Shown: piece by piece, positions 1 through 14,807 of the stretch
How positions within the stretch are numbered: the first letter of the stretch is position 1
How the letters are laid out: the number at the start of each line of letters is the position of its first letter
DNA from: Balanoglossus misakiensis
Lineage: Eukaryota > Animalia > Hemichordata
DNA: 64,000 nt
Direction: 5' to 3'
Assembly: GCA_040954595.2 (NCBI GenBank)
Contig: CM082588.2
Span: 10,152,844-10,216,843, forward strand
Notes under the pieces: model-generated
What the model was told of the DNA's origin: nothing
What the model saw: the letters and a program-made list of their open reading frames with translations, nothing else
Database searches by the model: none
Made by a program: the position numbers and the translations under genes

Positions 1-1149
1 GGAAGTATTATAGGTCTGTTTCCTCAAAGTCGAATAGGTGCAAAACTTAACGCACATCAAAATGTTGCCCAGACAACGGAAGTTAGCAGTTTGCTTGCTC
101 GGTTTGAAATGCGCGGCTGTGGTAGAAAATTACCCCCTGTTCTTTGGGACGTGAGCCACCCCCCTGAGACAATGGTGCACTCACACTCGAGAACATAGGT
201 TTGCTATTTGCATATACAAATGGAATATTCCTTCGAATGCGAGCATGTTCCAGTGCGTTCTAAAATAATAAAATATGCAGCTATAGCATGTATGCATATT
301 CATTAGTGTGTCGTAATGCTAACTATGGTCTGTGATTGGGTAACAAGTCCCACTCTCCATAACAACAGGTGATCATTGACCCGTTTCCGGTGTGCGACGC
401 CGGGTTTCGACCACTTTCCTTCTTACTGCCGCGGGATCAAGACGTCTTTTCGGTAGGCTCATAATCCAGTCATTGCTTTTAGTACCATAGCCTATGTAGC
501 TACGTTACCGTCGCTCGATTGTTTAGTCTGGTATTAGGTGATTTGCAGCTATCCGTTCAACACCTTGTAGTTGAACAGAAGTAGGTCTTATTCCAGAAAA
601 AAATCCGAGCTACGGGCGTGCAGCTAGCCATGCCTCTCGGCCATTCTGTGTATGGCTTCGCTGCTGACCCTGAGGTCATAATCGAGAAAGTCTAGACATA
701 TTTATAGGGTTATACTCTGTGAGAATTTTATTGCTAGGCCTCTTGCCTAAGCGCACGTAGAGCCAGTGTTTGCATTTTTTTTTAATTTTACGGTTTAAAC
801 GTGGTTGGTGTATTTTCGCTTTTCTGTTTGTTTTTTCGTAACATTTTACTGTTTACATGTTGTTGGCGTATTTTCGCTTTTCTGGTGTGATTTCCACCTC
901 ACTGTGGCATACTTAAACAATTATCCTAATTTTTATTGGGCAAACCGATAAAACCAAAACCACCACAAGTAAAGAAAATTGTAATCTGTTTGGTGATAAC
1001 CCTTTTAGCTTTGAGAGATAACCGATTTGATGTTTTAGTAAAACCAAATTTTTGACCAGGGTGACAAGCATTTTTTTCTCTGAGAGTCGTGTTGCTTTGA
1101 AGCATACATTTGGATATATGGTCCCATTTGATGAAAACCTGGTTGATGA

Positions 1150-1530
1150 AAAATGTGCATATTTATAATTTTGTAGAATTTTTTGTCTTTTTTGGTCAAA
1201 AATTGTTTTATCTAAAACTGCTTGTCAGATTGCTTTCAAATTTTGCAGGGTTGTTCCTTGGGAATAATTAAGTGAGATGTTTTAGAAAAATACTTGAAAT
1301 ATGCATATTTGCGTTTTGTGTGTGATAGTTTTGGAATTTTTCATTAAAAATTATTTTCTTTCAAACTGATTGTCAGATTGCCTTGAGCTTTGGTAGGCAT
1401 GTTCCCTGAAGCGATTGACGTAAGATATTGTACAATTTTGGTGAAAATACTGATTTTTCTGAAACTGCATATGGGATTGCTTTGAAATTTGATAGTATTA
1501 TTGCAATGGGTAACCCAAGTTTTGTCTGAT
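1150..1530. repeat. Degenerate tandem repeat (about 3 units) resembling the core repeats of HINE-type elements
   Basis: Motif AAACTGCTTGTCAGATTGCTTTCAAATTT recurs in diverged form near 1214, 1363 and 1462. No termini identified. Confidence 0.4.
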
Positions 1531-3394
1531 TGTGTTGATTTCCCTATACTGAGACTCGCCAAGTACACTATATGTTTATATCACTAGAGAGTTCAGAATC
1601 CAATATGGCCGCCATACGAACTGGGACATACTGTGTAATCTGATTATTTTCTAAACTTGTCATATTTTAATTTCTCGATCTCACAAATAAAAATGAAATG
1701 CCAAAAACTTAGTAACTTTCGTTTCTTCCCGCTTGGTGTCCATTAAAGTCTTTTTCCTCCCACTGGGAAAGTGGCTAGAGTCAATATGTGCATAATGGCA
1801 GCATTATATGGCACTGAATAAATGGCAGGGGTGTTTACATCTCCTAATTTGTTTTCACTTAAACCATGATAAATATCTAACATTATATGATCATATTGTG
1901 TATGCAACTCGGAGATGCGTTTCACTTCAGGGTTGGAAGTTTGTTTAGTCAAGTCTGGGAAGTGACATGTCTTCAAAGTGACTGATGTTATCTGCTTAGA
2001 GCTGAATGCCCATGGGTGTTCTTTCCTAGAAATACATTTTCTTTGCATTTCATAGACCTGTGTATAATTATAATTTCAGTTATATATTCTAATTTGTGTT
2101 TAGGTAGAGTATGCATGGAATTAAAATAATTATTCTGTAATTACCCAACAAAAATGTTTGTCTTACAATTGTCTAGCAAGTGGGTATTTTGATTGTTAAT
2201 TTGCACAGGCAACATTATGGAAGTAGCATAAAGAGTATTCGATAATATAGCAGACCTTCTAGCCAGAAAGAAGAGCTTAGAAGATTTATCAGCTCATAAT
2301 ATTCCTTTAACCAATGAACTTTATATGAACTTGCACACCTGCCTTCAAGATACAGGGATTAATGTTCAGGAAACCTTACCAGCTCTAGTACATTTATTTC
2401 AGCCAGAAATTGAATTACCAGGAAAAAAAATCAGTAATGTTACAAAGAAACAGTAAGAAAATAAATGGAGAAAGCCAGCAAGGAAGGCAGAAAAGTGGAA
2501 TACATGAAATACACAGTTTGCTTAAACTACATGTGTATGCAGTAAAAACTGTATGGTGCAAGGACGTTCAGTTTTATGATTTATAGCCAGCCAGTCTTTC
2601 CATGCATATCATACCAAAATTAATATGAAAATCGTGTAAATGTTAATAGACTACAAGGATAGTACAAATACATGTAGACATTACACTATCCAACTTTCTC
2701 CACTTTTGATATCTGCCCAACACAGGCAAGCAAAAGGGCCGATCTGAGAGTTTGACTTGAATGATGGCAATTTTTGCTGTCCAGAAGTAACTGTATAAAA
2801 TATTTTTGGTAGTAGTATTATTGCTCAAAATACACAAGAATTTAAATATTTCCACTCACTACAGTGATTGAACTGATTTTCAGCAAATTGCAGTGTATAA
2901 ACAGATATTGCCATCTAATGAAATATCAATCCAATATGGCCGCCCATTTGCAATGGTAAAATGCTAGGTTTTTCCTTTTTTGAGCGCCTGGGAATTTAAA
3001 TTGTAATCCAGATATCAAAAACTGAAGTCACTATCTGTATCTGCACATATATTGTAATATATTCTGAAAATTTCGTTACAATTAGATCAACTATGATTGA
3101 GACACGGAACATCAAACATTGCAAAATTTCATATTTCCCATGGTGCCATGCAAAAAATAGAGAGATTTTCTTTACAAGTTTAGATGATCTCCTGTAAAAC
3201 TGAAAGAAGTATTCTTCTGTGAATCGTGCATAATTTTTTGAAAAATGTTGAAGATACTTGAGAATATCAGTATTTTTTTATGCTTTTGTACCTTGAAAAC
3301 TGGTGAACCGATTTTGATAATTTTCTTTATTATAACCTACAAAGACCTATAAAATTTTTTATCAGTAAAATAAACAGCCTTATATAATTTTACC

Positions 3395-3666
3395 GGTCCA
3401 GCTGTTACAGAGACCACCGGCTATTTTATTATAAACTGGTGGTAGGTCAGTGAATGCCTCTGTCTGATTGGACTAATTAGCTTGTCATACTCGCATATAT
3501 TTTACAGACAGTTTTTGGACAAAAATCAGTTGTGGTCCAGCTGTTACAGAGACCACCGGTTATTTTATTATAAACTGGTGGTAGGTCAGTGAATGCCTCT
3601 GTCTGATTGGACTAATTAGCTTGTCATACTCGCATGTATTTTACAGACAGTTTTTGGACAAAAATC
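3395..3666. repeat. Direct tandem duplication, 139-bp period
   Basis: GGTCCAGCTGTTACAGAGACCACCGG...GGACAAAAATC occurs at 3395-3527 and 3534-3666, nearly identical. Confidence 0.95.
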
Positions 3667-4409
3667 TGTTTTTTTTAGTGCTGCTTGTAAGATTGCAGTG
3701 ACACGTAACACTTGATTGAGCATGGTGAATTTTTTTATGTTTCCATAGTATTTGAATATTTTTGCCATATATGCTTGCCAATGTCGCCCGCGATTTAATT
3801 CTGGTGAATACCTAAAATCTGTGTAATCCCCAAATGGCACAACAGTTTCCTATACGCTATGTTTTAAGAAGTTAATTATACATAGACATAGTGACCTCTG
3901 GCTTACCATTTCTAGCCATCCACAACAGATACAGAGTTTGCTTTCTGTTGGAACCATGCTAACTGCTTTGGCCCCTGTAATGTTGCATGTTCCTTTAATT
4001 GTCTTCTTCATGTTGGCCATATTGGATTTTCTGATAACCTCTTAAAGTTGACATTTTTTCAAAACTACATGGCCAATCAAGTTCTAATTTACTGTCCCTT
4101 CCAATTTTTTTCAATAATATTGTTAGTGGTCATGCGACTTTGGATTCATTATGGATTGTTGAAAAATCTCATTTAACATTTCCAAAATCTTTTTCTAATC
4201 AAGTTTTCAAGTGTATTGTGATTAGTTAAACCTTATTGGAGCCAAATTGGACTTTCTGAACTCTAATTAAAGACAAAGATTTCCTATTTCTAGCCTACTC
4301 ATTTAAAGCACACATTCATTTTATTGATACGAGTCACCATATGTATAGAATACGTTACATTTTTTGGCAAATTTCACATGTCCTTTGATTCAGATTTGTT
4401 AGAACTGAA

Positions 4410-5460
4410 TTGTACTTGGATATGTCTCTTGTTAAAAAGCACAACAGTCATGATTGTGTTCACATGAGTTTTATTGCTGCCAGGACATAACCCAAATATT
4501 TTGATAATTTTGGCAATGACCCTTGTTCTACTTGGATATGTCTCTAGTCTTGTTAAAAAGCACAACAGTCATAATTGTGTTCACATGAGTTTTATTGCTG
4601 CCAGGACATAACCCAAATATTTTGATAATTTTGGCGATGACCCTTGATCTACTTGGATATGTCTCTTGTTAAAAAGCACAACAGTCATGATTTTGTTCAC
4701 ATGAGTTTTATTGCTGCCAGGACATAACCAAAATATTTTGATAATTTTGGCAATGACCCTTGATCTACTTGGATATGTCTCTTGTTAAAAAACACAACAG
4801 TCATAATTGTGTTCACATGAGTTTTATTGCTGCCTGGACATAACCTACATATTTTGATAATGTTGGCAATGATCCTTGATCTACTTGGATATGCCTCTTG
4901 TTAAAAAGCACAACAGTCATGATTGTGTTCACATGAGTTTTATTGCTGCCAGGACATAACCCAAATATTTTGATAATTTTGGCAATGACCCTTGATCTAC
5001 TTGGATATGTCTCTTGTTAAAAAGCACAACAGTCATGATTGTGTTCACACGAGTTTTATTGCTGCCAGGACATAACCCAAATATTTTGATAATTTTGGCA
5101 ATGACCCTTGATCTACTTGGATATGTCTCTTGTTAAAAAGCACAACAGTCATTATTGTGTTCATATGAGTTTTATTGCTGCCAGGACATAACCAAAATAT
5201 TTTGATAATTTTGGCAATGACCCTTGATCTACTTGGATAGGTCTCTTGTTAAAAAGCACAACAGTCATGATTTTGTTCACATGAGTTATATTGCTGCCAG
5301 GACATAACCCAAATATTTTGATAATTTTGGCCATGACCCTTGATCTACTTGGATATGTCTCTTGTTAAAAAGCACAACAGTCATGATATTGTACACATGA
5401 GTACTATTGCTGCCTGGACATAACCCAAATATTTTGATAATTTTGGCCATGATCTACTTT
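4410..5460. repeat. 116-bp tandem array (~9 copies)
   Basis: Unit GACCCTTGATCTACTTGGATATGTCTCTTGTTAAAAAGCACAACAG... starts at 4639, 4755, 4871, 4987 and onward (period 116). Confidence 0.97.
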
Positions 5461-7139
5461 CCCATAACTTGCCATGCACAGCAGATACGGCTTTCAAATT
5501 TAGAGGACTGGAACACCTAATGAAGTATTAATCTTTAACACAATCGTTATGTACTTATCCTATTTAAAGTTAACCAATTGAGCTTAGAAGTTTGGTTCTT
5601 GTTGGACACTTATCAGTTTGATGTCAAAATTTGTTGGCACAAATTTGCGTGACCTCTGGCTTACTTACCATTTCTCAGCATCCATAACAGATACAGCCTT
5701 TGCTTTCTGTTGGAACCATGCTAACCACTTTGGTCACTCCAATGCTGCTTATAGTTGGGTCTTCTTCATGGCGGCCATATTGGATTTTCTGATAATCTCT
5801 AAAAGTGTACATTTTTTTCTAAACTGCAGGGCCAATCAAGTTCTAATTTACTGGCCGTTCCAATTTTTTTTCAATTATATTAATAGTGGTCATGTGAATT
5901 TGGATTTATTATGGATTTTTTCAAAAACTCATGAAGATTTCCAAAATCTTTTTTAATCAAGCTTTCAAGTGAATTGTGATTGGTTAAACCTTATTGAAGC
6001 CAAATTGGATTGTCTGAAGTCCGATTAAAAACTAAAATTTCCTATTTCAAGGCTACTGAATGATAGCACACCAATCCTTTTTATGGATACGAGTCACCAT
6101 AAGACCAGAATATGTTAAACAATTTTTATCAACTTTCACATGTCCTTTCATCCATTTTTTCAACACTTAATTATACAATTTTTTTGCAACTGTCATTCGT
6201 CTTTTGATCCAGATCTTTCAGAACTTAATTCTACGTTGATATGCCTCTTGTTAAAAAGCACAACAGTCGTGATTTTGTTCACATGAGTACTACTGCTGCC
6301 CGGACATAACCCAAATATTTTGATAATTTTGGCAGTAACTTTTGATCTACATTCCCATAACTTGGCATGCACAGCAGATACAGCTTTTAAATTTAGAGGA
6401 CTGGAACACCTAATAAAGTACATGTATTAACTTTAACACAATAATTATGTATATAAGCTATTTAAAGTTAACCAATAAAGCGTAGAAGTCTGCTTTTTGT
6501 TGGACACTGATCAGTTTGGTATCAAATTTTGTTGGCACATTTTGCATCACCTCTGGCATACTTTACCATTTCTAGGCATCCACAACAGATGCAGCATTTG
6601 CTTTCTGTTGGAACCATGCTAACCGCTTTGGCCACTCCAATGCTGCTTGTAGCTCTAATTGTCTTCTTCATGGTGGCCATATTGGAATTTCTAATAACCT
6701 TTAAAAGTTGACATTTTCATAAACTACAGGGCCAATCAAATTCTAGTTTACTGTAGGGTTGAAAGTTTGACAAAAATATCATTAGTGGTCAAGTGACTTT
6801 GGGTGCCTAATTGGATTGTTTAAAAATCTCATTAAAAAATTACAGAACATCTTTTTCTAATCAAGTTTTCAAGTGAATTGTGATTGGTGTCACCTTATTG
6901 GAGCCAAATTGGATTTTTCTAAACACTGATTAAAAACTAAGATTTTCTATTTCTAGCCTACTCATTGAAAGCACACAAATTAATTTTATGGATACGAGTC
7001 GCCATATGACTAGAATACGTTACATTTTTTGGCAACTTTCACATGTCCTTTGATCCAGTTTTTTCAAAACTTGATTAAACAATTTGTTGGCAACTCTCGC
7101 ATGTCCTTTGACCCAGTAATTCCATAACTAAATTTTATG

Positions 7140-7710
7140 TGGATATGGCTCTTGATAAAAAGCTAAACAGTCATGATTTTGTTCAAAGAGTACTACTGCT
7201 GCCAGGACATAACCCAAATATTTTGATAATTTTGGCAATGACCCTTGATCTACTTGGATATGTCTCTTGTTAAAAAGCACAACAGTCATGATTTTGTTCA
7301 CATGAGTTTTATTGCTGCCAGGACATAACCCAAATATTTTGATAATTTTGGCAATGACCCTTGATCTACTTGGATATGTCTCTTGTTAAAAAGCACAACA
7401 GTCATGATTTTGTTCACATGAGTTTTATTGCTGCCAGGACATAACCCAAATATTTTGATAATTTTGGCCATGACCCTTGATCTACTTGGATATGTCTCTT
7501 GTTAAAAAGCACAACAGTCATGATTTTGTTCACATGAGTTTTATTGCTGCCAGGACATAACCCAAATATTTTGATAATTTTGGCCATGACCCTTGATCTA
7601 CTTGCATATGTCTCTTGTTAAAAAGCACAACAGTCATGATTTTGTACACATGAGTACTATTGCTGCCTGGACATAACCCAAATATTTTGATAATTTTGGC
7701 CATGATCTAC
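7140..7710. repeat. 116-bp tandem array (~5 copies)
   Basis: Same unit at ~7240, 7355, 7472 and 7588. Confidence 0.95.
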
Positions 7711-8639
7711 TTTCCCATAATTTGACATGCACAGCAGATATGGCTTTCAAATATAGAGGACTGGAACACCTAATGAAGTATTAATCTTTAACACAATCAT
7801 TATGTACTTATCCTATTTAAAGTTAACCAATTGAGCTTAGAAGTTTGGTTCTTGTTGGACACTTATCAGTTTGATATCAAAATTTGTTGGCACAAATTTG
7901 CGTGACCTCTGGCTTACCTACCATTCTATGAATCCACAACAGATACAGAGTTTGCTTTCTGTTGGAACCATGCTAACTGCTTTGGCCCCTGTGATGCTGC
8001 ATGTTCTTTTAATTGTCTTCTTCATGGTGGCCATATTGGATTTTCTGATAACCTTTAAAAGTTGACATTTTTTTTCAAAAATTACAAGGCCAATCAAGTT
8101 CTAATTTACTGTACGTTCCAATTTTTTAAAATAATATTGTTAGTGTTCATGTGAATTTGGATTTATTATGGATTTTTGAAAAATACCATGAAAAATTTCC
8201 AAAATCTTTTTTTAATCAAGCTTTCGCGTAAATTGTGATTGGTTAAACCTTATTGAAGCCTAATTGGATTTTCTGAACTCCGATTAAAAACTAAAATTTC
8301 CTATTTGTAGGCTACTGAATGATAGCACACCAAGCCTTTTTATGGATAGAGTCAACATAAGACAAGAATGTTAAAAAAATTTGTCAACTTTCACATGTCC
8401 ATTGATCCTTTTTTTAACACTTAATTATACAATTTTTTGCAACTTTCATTTTCCCTTTGATCAAGATCTTTCAGAACTTAATTGTACATTGATATGTCTC
8501 TTGTTAAAAAGCACAACAGTCATGATTTTGTTCACATGAGTACTACTCTGGCAGGACATAACCCAAATATTTTGATAATTTTGGCAATGACCCTTGATCT
8601 ACATTTCCAAAACTTGGCATGCACAGCAGATACAGCTTT

Positions 8640-8998
8640 TATTAGCTCTGCTGTCACTTGTGTCAGCCGAGCTGTAGCAGTAGGTTGATAAATGTCTGTC
8701 CGTCGTCTGTCGTCCGTCATCCGTCGTCCGTCAACTTTTGGTATTTCAATCTTCTTCTATAAAACTACTTGGCATATTTAGCTGAAATTTGGTTGGAATG
8801 TGTGTTATGGTGCCCTTACCTGATTTTGTTAATTTGGATTTGATCGGGTCATGAATATGCAAATTAGATCTAAAAATAAAATTTTTGGTAAAAAAATCTT
8901 CTTCTCCCTAACTACATGTACGATGGAGCTGAAAATTGGTAGGAATGTGTGGTATGGTGCCCCTACCTGATTTTGTTAATTGGAATTTTGATGGGGTC
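8640..8998 (+). mobile_element. 3'-truncated Helentron-associated non-autonomous element (HINE/DINE-1-like)
   Basis: Inserted in a T-run (GATACAGCTTTT). Head TTAGCTCTGCTG, then a (CGTC)-type microsatellite and ~2 core repeats. It then jumps into the satellite monomer. The head is the same as at 14808. Confidence 0.8.
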
Positions 8999-9529
8999 TG
9001 CTTTCTGTTGGAACCTTGGTCCCTCCAATGCTACTTTTAGTTGTAATTGTCTTCTTCATGGCGGCCATATTGGATTTTCTAATAAGCTTTAAAGGTTGAC
9101 ATTTTCATAAACTACAGGGCCAATCAAGTTCTAATTTACTGTGCGGTTGAAAGTTTGATAAAATATCATTAGTGGTCATGTGACTTTTGGTGCCTTATTG
9201 GATTTTTTAAAAATCTCATTCAAAAATTACGAAAATCTTTTTCTAATCAAGTTTTCAAGTGAATTGTGATTGGTTTAACCTTATCAGAGCCAAATTGGAT
9301 TTTCTGAACTCCGATTAAAAGCTAAAATTCCTTTTTTTTATCCTACTCATTGAAAGCACACAAATTCTTTCTGTGGATACGAGTCACCATATGACTAGAA
9401 TATGTTACATTTTTTGACAACTTTCATATGTTCTTTGATCCAGTTTTTTTTCAGTATTTGATTAAACAATTTGTTGGCGACTCTCGCATGTCCTTTGATC
9501 CAGTAATTCCATAACTTAATTTTATGTGG

Positions 9530-11950
9530 ATATGGCTCTTGATAAAAAGCTCAACAGTCATGATTTTGTTCAAAGAGTACTACTGCTGCCAGGACATAAC
9601 CCAAATATTTTGATAATTTTGGCAATGACCCTTGATCTACTTGGATATGTCTCTTGTTAAAAAGCACAACAGTCATGATTTTGTTCACATGAGTTTTATT
9701 GCTGCCAGGACATAACCCAAATATTTTGATAATCTTGGTAATGACCCTTGATCCCTTGGATATGTCTCTTGTTAAAAAGCACAACAGTCATGATTTTGTT
9801 CACATGAGTTTTATTGTTGCCAGGACATAACCCAAATATTTTGATAATTTTGGCCATGACCCTTGATCTACTTGGATATGTCTCTTGTTAAAAAGCACAA
9901 CAGTCATGATTTTGTTCACATGAGTTTTGTCGCTGCCAGGACATAACCCAAATATTTTGATAACTTTGGCAATGACCCTTGATCTACTTGGATATGTCTC
10001 TTGTTAAAAAGCACAACAGTCATGATTTTGTTCACATGAGTTTTATTGCTGCCAGGACATAACCCAAATATTTTGATAATCTTGGCAATGACCCTTGATC
10101 TACTTGGATATGTCTCTTGTTAAAAAGCACAACAGTCATGATTTTGTTCACATGAGTTTTATTGCTGCCAGGACATTACCAAAATATTTTGATAATTTTG
10201 GCAATGACCCTTGATCTACTTGGATATGTCTCTTGTTAAAAGGCACAACAGTCATGATTTTGTTCACATGAGTTTTATTGCTGCCAGGACATAATCCAAA
10301 TATTTTGATAATCTTGGTAATGACCCTTGATCTACTTGGATATGTCTCTTGTTAAAAAGCACAACAGTCATGATTTTGTTCACATGAGTACTATTGCTGC
10401 CTGGACATAACCCAAATATTTTGATAATTTTGGCAATGACCCTTGATCTACTTGGATATGTCTCTTGTTAAAAGCACAACAGTCATGATTTTGTTCACAT
10501 GAGTTTTATTGCTGCCAGGACATAACCGAAATATTTTGATAATCATGGCAATGACCCTTGATCTACTTGGATATGTCTCTTGTTAAAAAGCACAACAGTC
10601 ATGATTTTGTTCACATGAGTTTTATTGCTGCCAGGACATAACCCAAATATTTTGATAATTTTGGCAATGACCCTTGATCTACTTGGATATGTCTCTTGTT
10701 AAAAGGCACAACAGTCATGATTTTGTTCACATGAGTTTTATTGCTGCCAGGACATAACCCAAATATTTTGATAATCTTGGTAATGACCCTTGATCTACTT
10801 GGATATGTCTCTTGTTAAAAAGCACAACAGTCATGATTTTGTTCACATGAGTACTATTGCTGCCTGGACATAACCCAAATATTTTGATAATTTTGGCAAT
10901 GACCCTTGATCTACTTGGATATGTCTCTTGTTAAAAAGCACAACAGTCATGATTTTGTTCACATGAGTACTATTGCTGCCTGGACATAACCCAAATATTT
11001 TGATAATTTTGGCAATGACCCTTGATCTACTTGGATATGCCTCTTGTTAAAAAGCACAACAGTCATGATTTTGTTCACATGAGTACTATTGCTGCCTGGA
11101 CATAACCCAAATATTTTGATAATTTTGGCAATGACCCTTGATCTACTTGGATATGTCTCTTGTTAAAAAGCACAACAGTCATGATTTTGTTCACATGAGT
11201 ACTATTGGTGCCTGGACATAACCCAAATATTTTGATAATTTTGGCAATGACCCTTGATCTACTTGGATATGTCTCTTGTTAAAAAGCACAACAGTCATGA
11301 TTTTGTTCACATGAGTTTTATTGCTGCCAGGACATAACCCAAATATTTTGATAATTTTGGCAATGACCCTTGATCTACTTGGATATGTCTCTTGTTAAAA
11401 AGCACAACAGTCATGATTTTGTTCACATGAGTTTTATTGCTGCCAGGACATAACCCATATATTTTGATCATTTTGGCAATGACCCTTGATCTACTTGGAT
11501 ATGTCTCTTGTTAAAAAGCACAATAGTCATGATTTTGTTCACATGAGTTTTATTGCTGCCAGGACATAACCCAAATATTTGGATAATTTTGGCAATGACC
11601 CTTGATCTACTTGGATATGTATCTTGTTAAAAAGCACAACAGTCATGATTTTGTTCATATGAATTTTATTGCTGCCAGGACATAACCCAAATATTTTGAT
11701 TATTTCGGCCATGACCCTTGATCTACTTGGATATGTCTCTTGTTAAAAAGCACAACAGTCATGATTTTGTTCACATGAGTTTTATTGTTGCCAGGACATA
11801 ACCCAAATATTTTGATAATTTTGGCCATGACCCTTGATCTACTTGGATATGTCTCTTGTTAAAAAGCACAACAGTCATGATTTTGTACACATGAGTACTA
11901 TTGCTGCCAGGACATAACCCAAATATTTTGATAATTTTGGCCATGATCTT
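9530..11950. repeat. 116-bp tandem array (~21 copies)
   Basis: Continuous, near-identical 116-bp units. Confidence 0.97.
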
Positions 11951-13636
11951 CTTTCCCATAACTTGCCATGCACAGCAGATACGGCTTTCAAATTTAGAGG
12001 ACTGGAACACCTAATGAAGTATTAATTTTTAACACAATCATTATGTACTTATCCTATTTAAAGTTAACCAATTGAGCTTAGAAGTTTGGTTCTTGTTGGA
12101 CACTTATCAGTTTGATGTCAAAATTTGTTGGCACAAATTTGCCTGACCTCTGGCTTACTTACCATTTCTCAGCATCCATAACAGATACAGCCTTTGCTTT
12201 CTGTTGGAACCATGCTAACCACTTTGGTCACTCCAATGCTGCTTATAGTTGGGTCTTCTTCATGGCGGCCATATTGGATTTTCTGATAATCTCTAAAAGT
12301 GGACATTTTTTTCTAAACTGCAGGGCCAATCAAGTTCTAATTTACTGGCCGTTCCATTTTTTTTTCAATTATATTAATAGTGGTCATGTGAATTTGGATT
12401 CATTATGGATTTTTTCAAAAACTCATGAAAAATTTCCAAAATCTTTTTTAATCAAGCTTTCAAGTGAATTGTGATTGGTTAAACCTTATTGAAGTCAAAT
12501 TGGATTGTCTGAACTCCGATTAAAAACTAAAATTTCCTATTTCAAGGCTACTGAATGATAGCACACCAATCCTTTTTATGGATACGAGTCACCATAAGTC
12601 CAGAATATGTTAAACAATTTTTATCAACTTTCACATGTCCTTTCATCCATTTTTTCAACACTTAATTATACTATTTTTTTGCAACTTTCATTCGTCTTTT
12701 GATCCAGATCTTTCAGAACTTAATTCTACGTTGATATGCCTCTTGTTAAAAAGCACAACAGTCGTGATTTTGTTCACATGAGTACTACTGCTGCCAGGAC
12801 ATAACCCAAATATTTTGATAATTTTGGCAGTAACTTTTGATCTACATTCCCATAACTTGGCATGTACAGCAGATACAGCTTTTAAATTTAGAGGCTTGGA
12901 ACACCTAATGAAGTACATGTATTAACTTTAACACAATAATTATGTATATAAGCTATTTAAAGTTAACTAATAAAGCGTAGAAGTCTGCTTTTTGTTGGAC
13001 ATTGATCAGTTTGGTATCAAATTTTGTTGGCACATTTTGCATCACCTCTGGCATACTTTACCATTTCTAGGCATCCACAACAGATACAGCCTTTGCTTTC
13101 TGTTGGAACCATGCTAACCGCTTTGGCCACTCCAATGCTGCTTGTAGCTCTAATTGTCTTCTTCATGGTGGCCATATTGGATTTTCTAATAACCTTTAAA
13201 AGTTGACATTTTCATAAACTACAGGGCAAATCAAATTCTAGTTTACTGTAGGGTTGAAAGTTTGACAAAAATATCATTAGTGGTCATGTGACTTTGGGTG
13301 CCTAATTGGATTGTTTAAAAATCTCATTAAAAAATTACAGAACATCTTTTTCTAATCAAGTTTTCAAGTGAATTGTGATTGGTGTCACCTTATTGGAGCC
13401 AAATTGGATTTTTCTGAACACTGATTAAAAACTAAGATTTCCTATTTCTAGCCTACTCATTGAAAGCACACAAATTAATTTTATGGATACGAGTCGCCAT
13501 ATGACTAGAATACGTTACATTTTTTGGCAACTTTCACATGTCCTTTGATCCAGTTTTTTCAAAACTTGATTAAACAATTTGTTGGCAACTCTCGCATGTC
13601 CTTTGACCCAGTAATTCCATAACTTAATTTTATGTG

Positions 13637-13975
13637 GATATGGCTCTTGATAAAAAGCTCAACAGTCATGATTTTGTTCATAGAGTACTACTGCTGCCAG
13701 GACATAACCCAAATATTTTGATAATTTTGGCAATGACCATTGATCTACTTGGATATGTCTCTTGTTAAAAAGCACAACAGTCATGATTTTGTTCACATGA
13801 GTTTTATTGCTGCCAGGACATAACCCAAATATTTTGATAATTTTGGCCATGACCCTTGATCTACTTGGATATGTCTCTTGTTAAAAAGCACAACAGTCAT
13901 GATTTTGTACACATGAGTACTATTGCTGCCTGGACATAACCCAAATATTTTGATAATTTTGGCCATGATCTACTT
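13637..13975. repeat. 116-bp tandem array (~3 copies)
   Basis: Same unit, followed by a ~100-bp deletion relative to the paralogous segment at 7710-7810. Confidence 0.9.
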
Positions 13976-14807
13976 AAATCCTATTTAAAGTTAACCAATT
14001 GAGCTTAGAAGTTTGGTTCTTGTTGGACACTTATCAGTTTGATATCAAAATTTGTTGGCACAAATTTCCGTGACCTCTGGCTTACCTACCATTCTAAGAA
14101 TCCATAACAGATACAGAGTTTGCTTTCTGTTGGAATCATGCTAACTGCTTTGGCCCCTGTGATGCTGCATGTTCTTTTAATTGTCTTCTTCATGGTGGCC
14201 ATATTGGATTTTCTGATAACCTTTAAAAGTTGACATTTTTTTTCAAAAATTACAAGGCCAATCAAGTTCTAATTTACTGTACGTTCCAATTTTTTAAAAT
14301 AATATTGTTAGTGTTCATGTGAATTTGGATTTATTATGGATTTTTGAAAAATCCCATGAAAAATTTCCAAAATCTTTTTTTAATCACGCTTTCGCGTAAA
14401 ATGTGATTGGTTAAACCTTATTGAAGCCTAATTGGATTTTCTGAACTCCGATTAAAAACTAAAATTTCCTATTTGTAGGCTACTGAATGATAGCACACCA
14501 AGCCTTTTTATGGATAGAGTCAACATAAGACCAGAATGTTAAAATTTTTTGTCAACTTTCACATGTCCATTGATCCTTTTTTTAACACTTAATTATACAA
14601 TTTTTTGCAACTTTCATTTTCCCTTTGATCAAGATCTTTCAGAACTTAATTGTACATTGATATGTCTCTTGTTAAAAAGCACAACAGTCATGATTTTGTT
14701 CACATGAGTACTACTCTGGCAGGACATAACCCAAATATTTTGATAATTTTGGCAATGACCCTTGATCTACATTTCCAAAACTTGGCATGCACAGCAGATA
14801 CAGCTTT

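Noticed and set aside
1-900. CpG-richer, promoter-like start of the window with an inverted CCAAT
   Set aside because: No associated gene, RNA structure or element boundary could be supported from the sequence alone.
9530-11950. Regular array resembling a CRISPR locus
   Set aside because: Units are entirely repeated with no unique spacers, there are no cas genes, and the context is eukaryotic.
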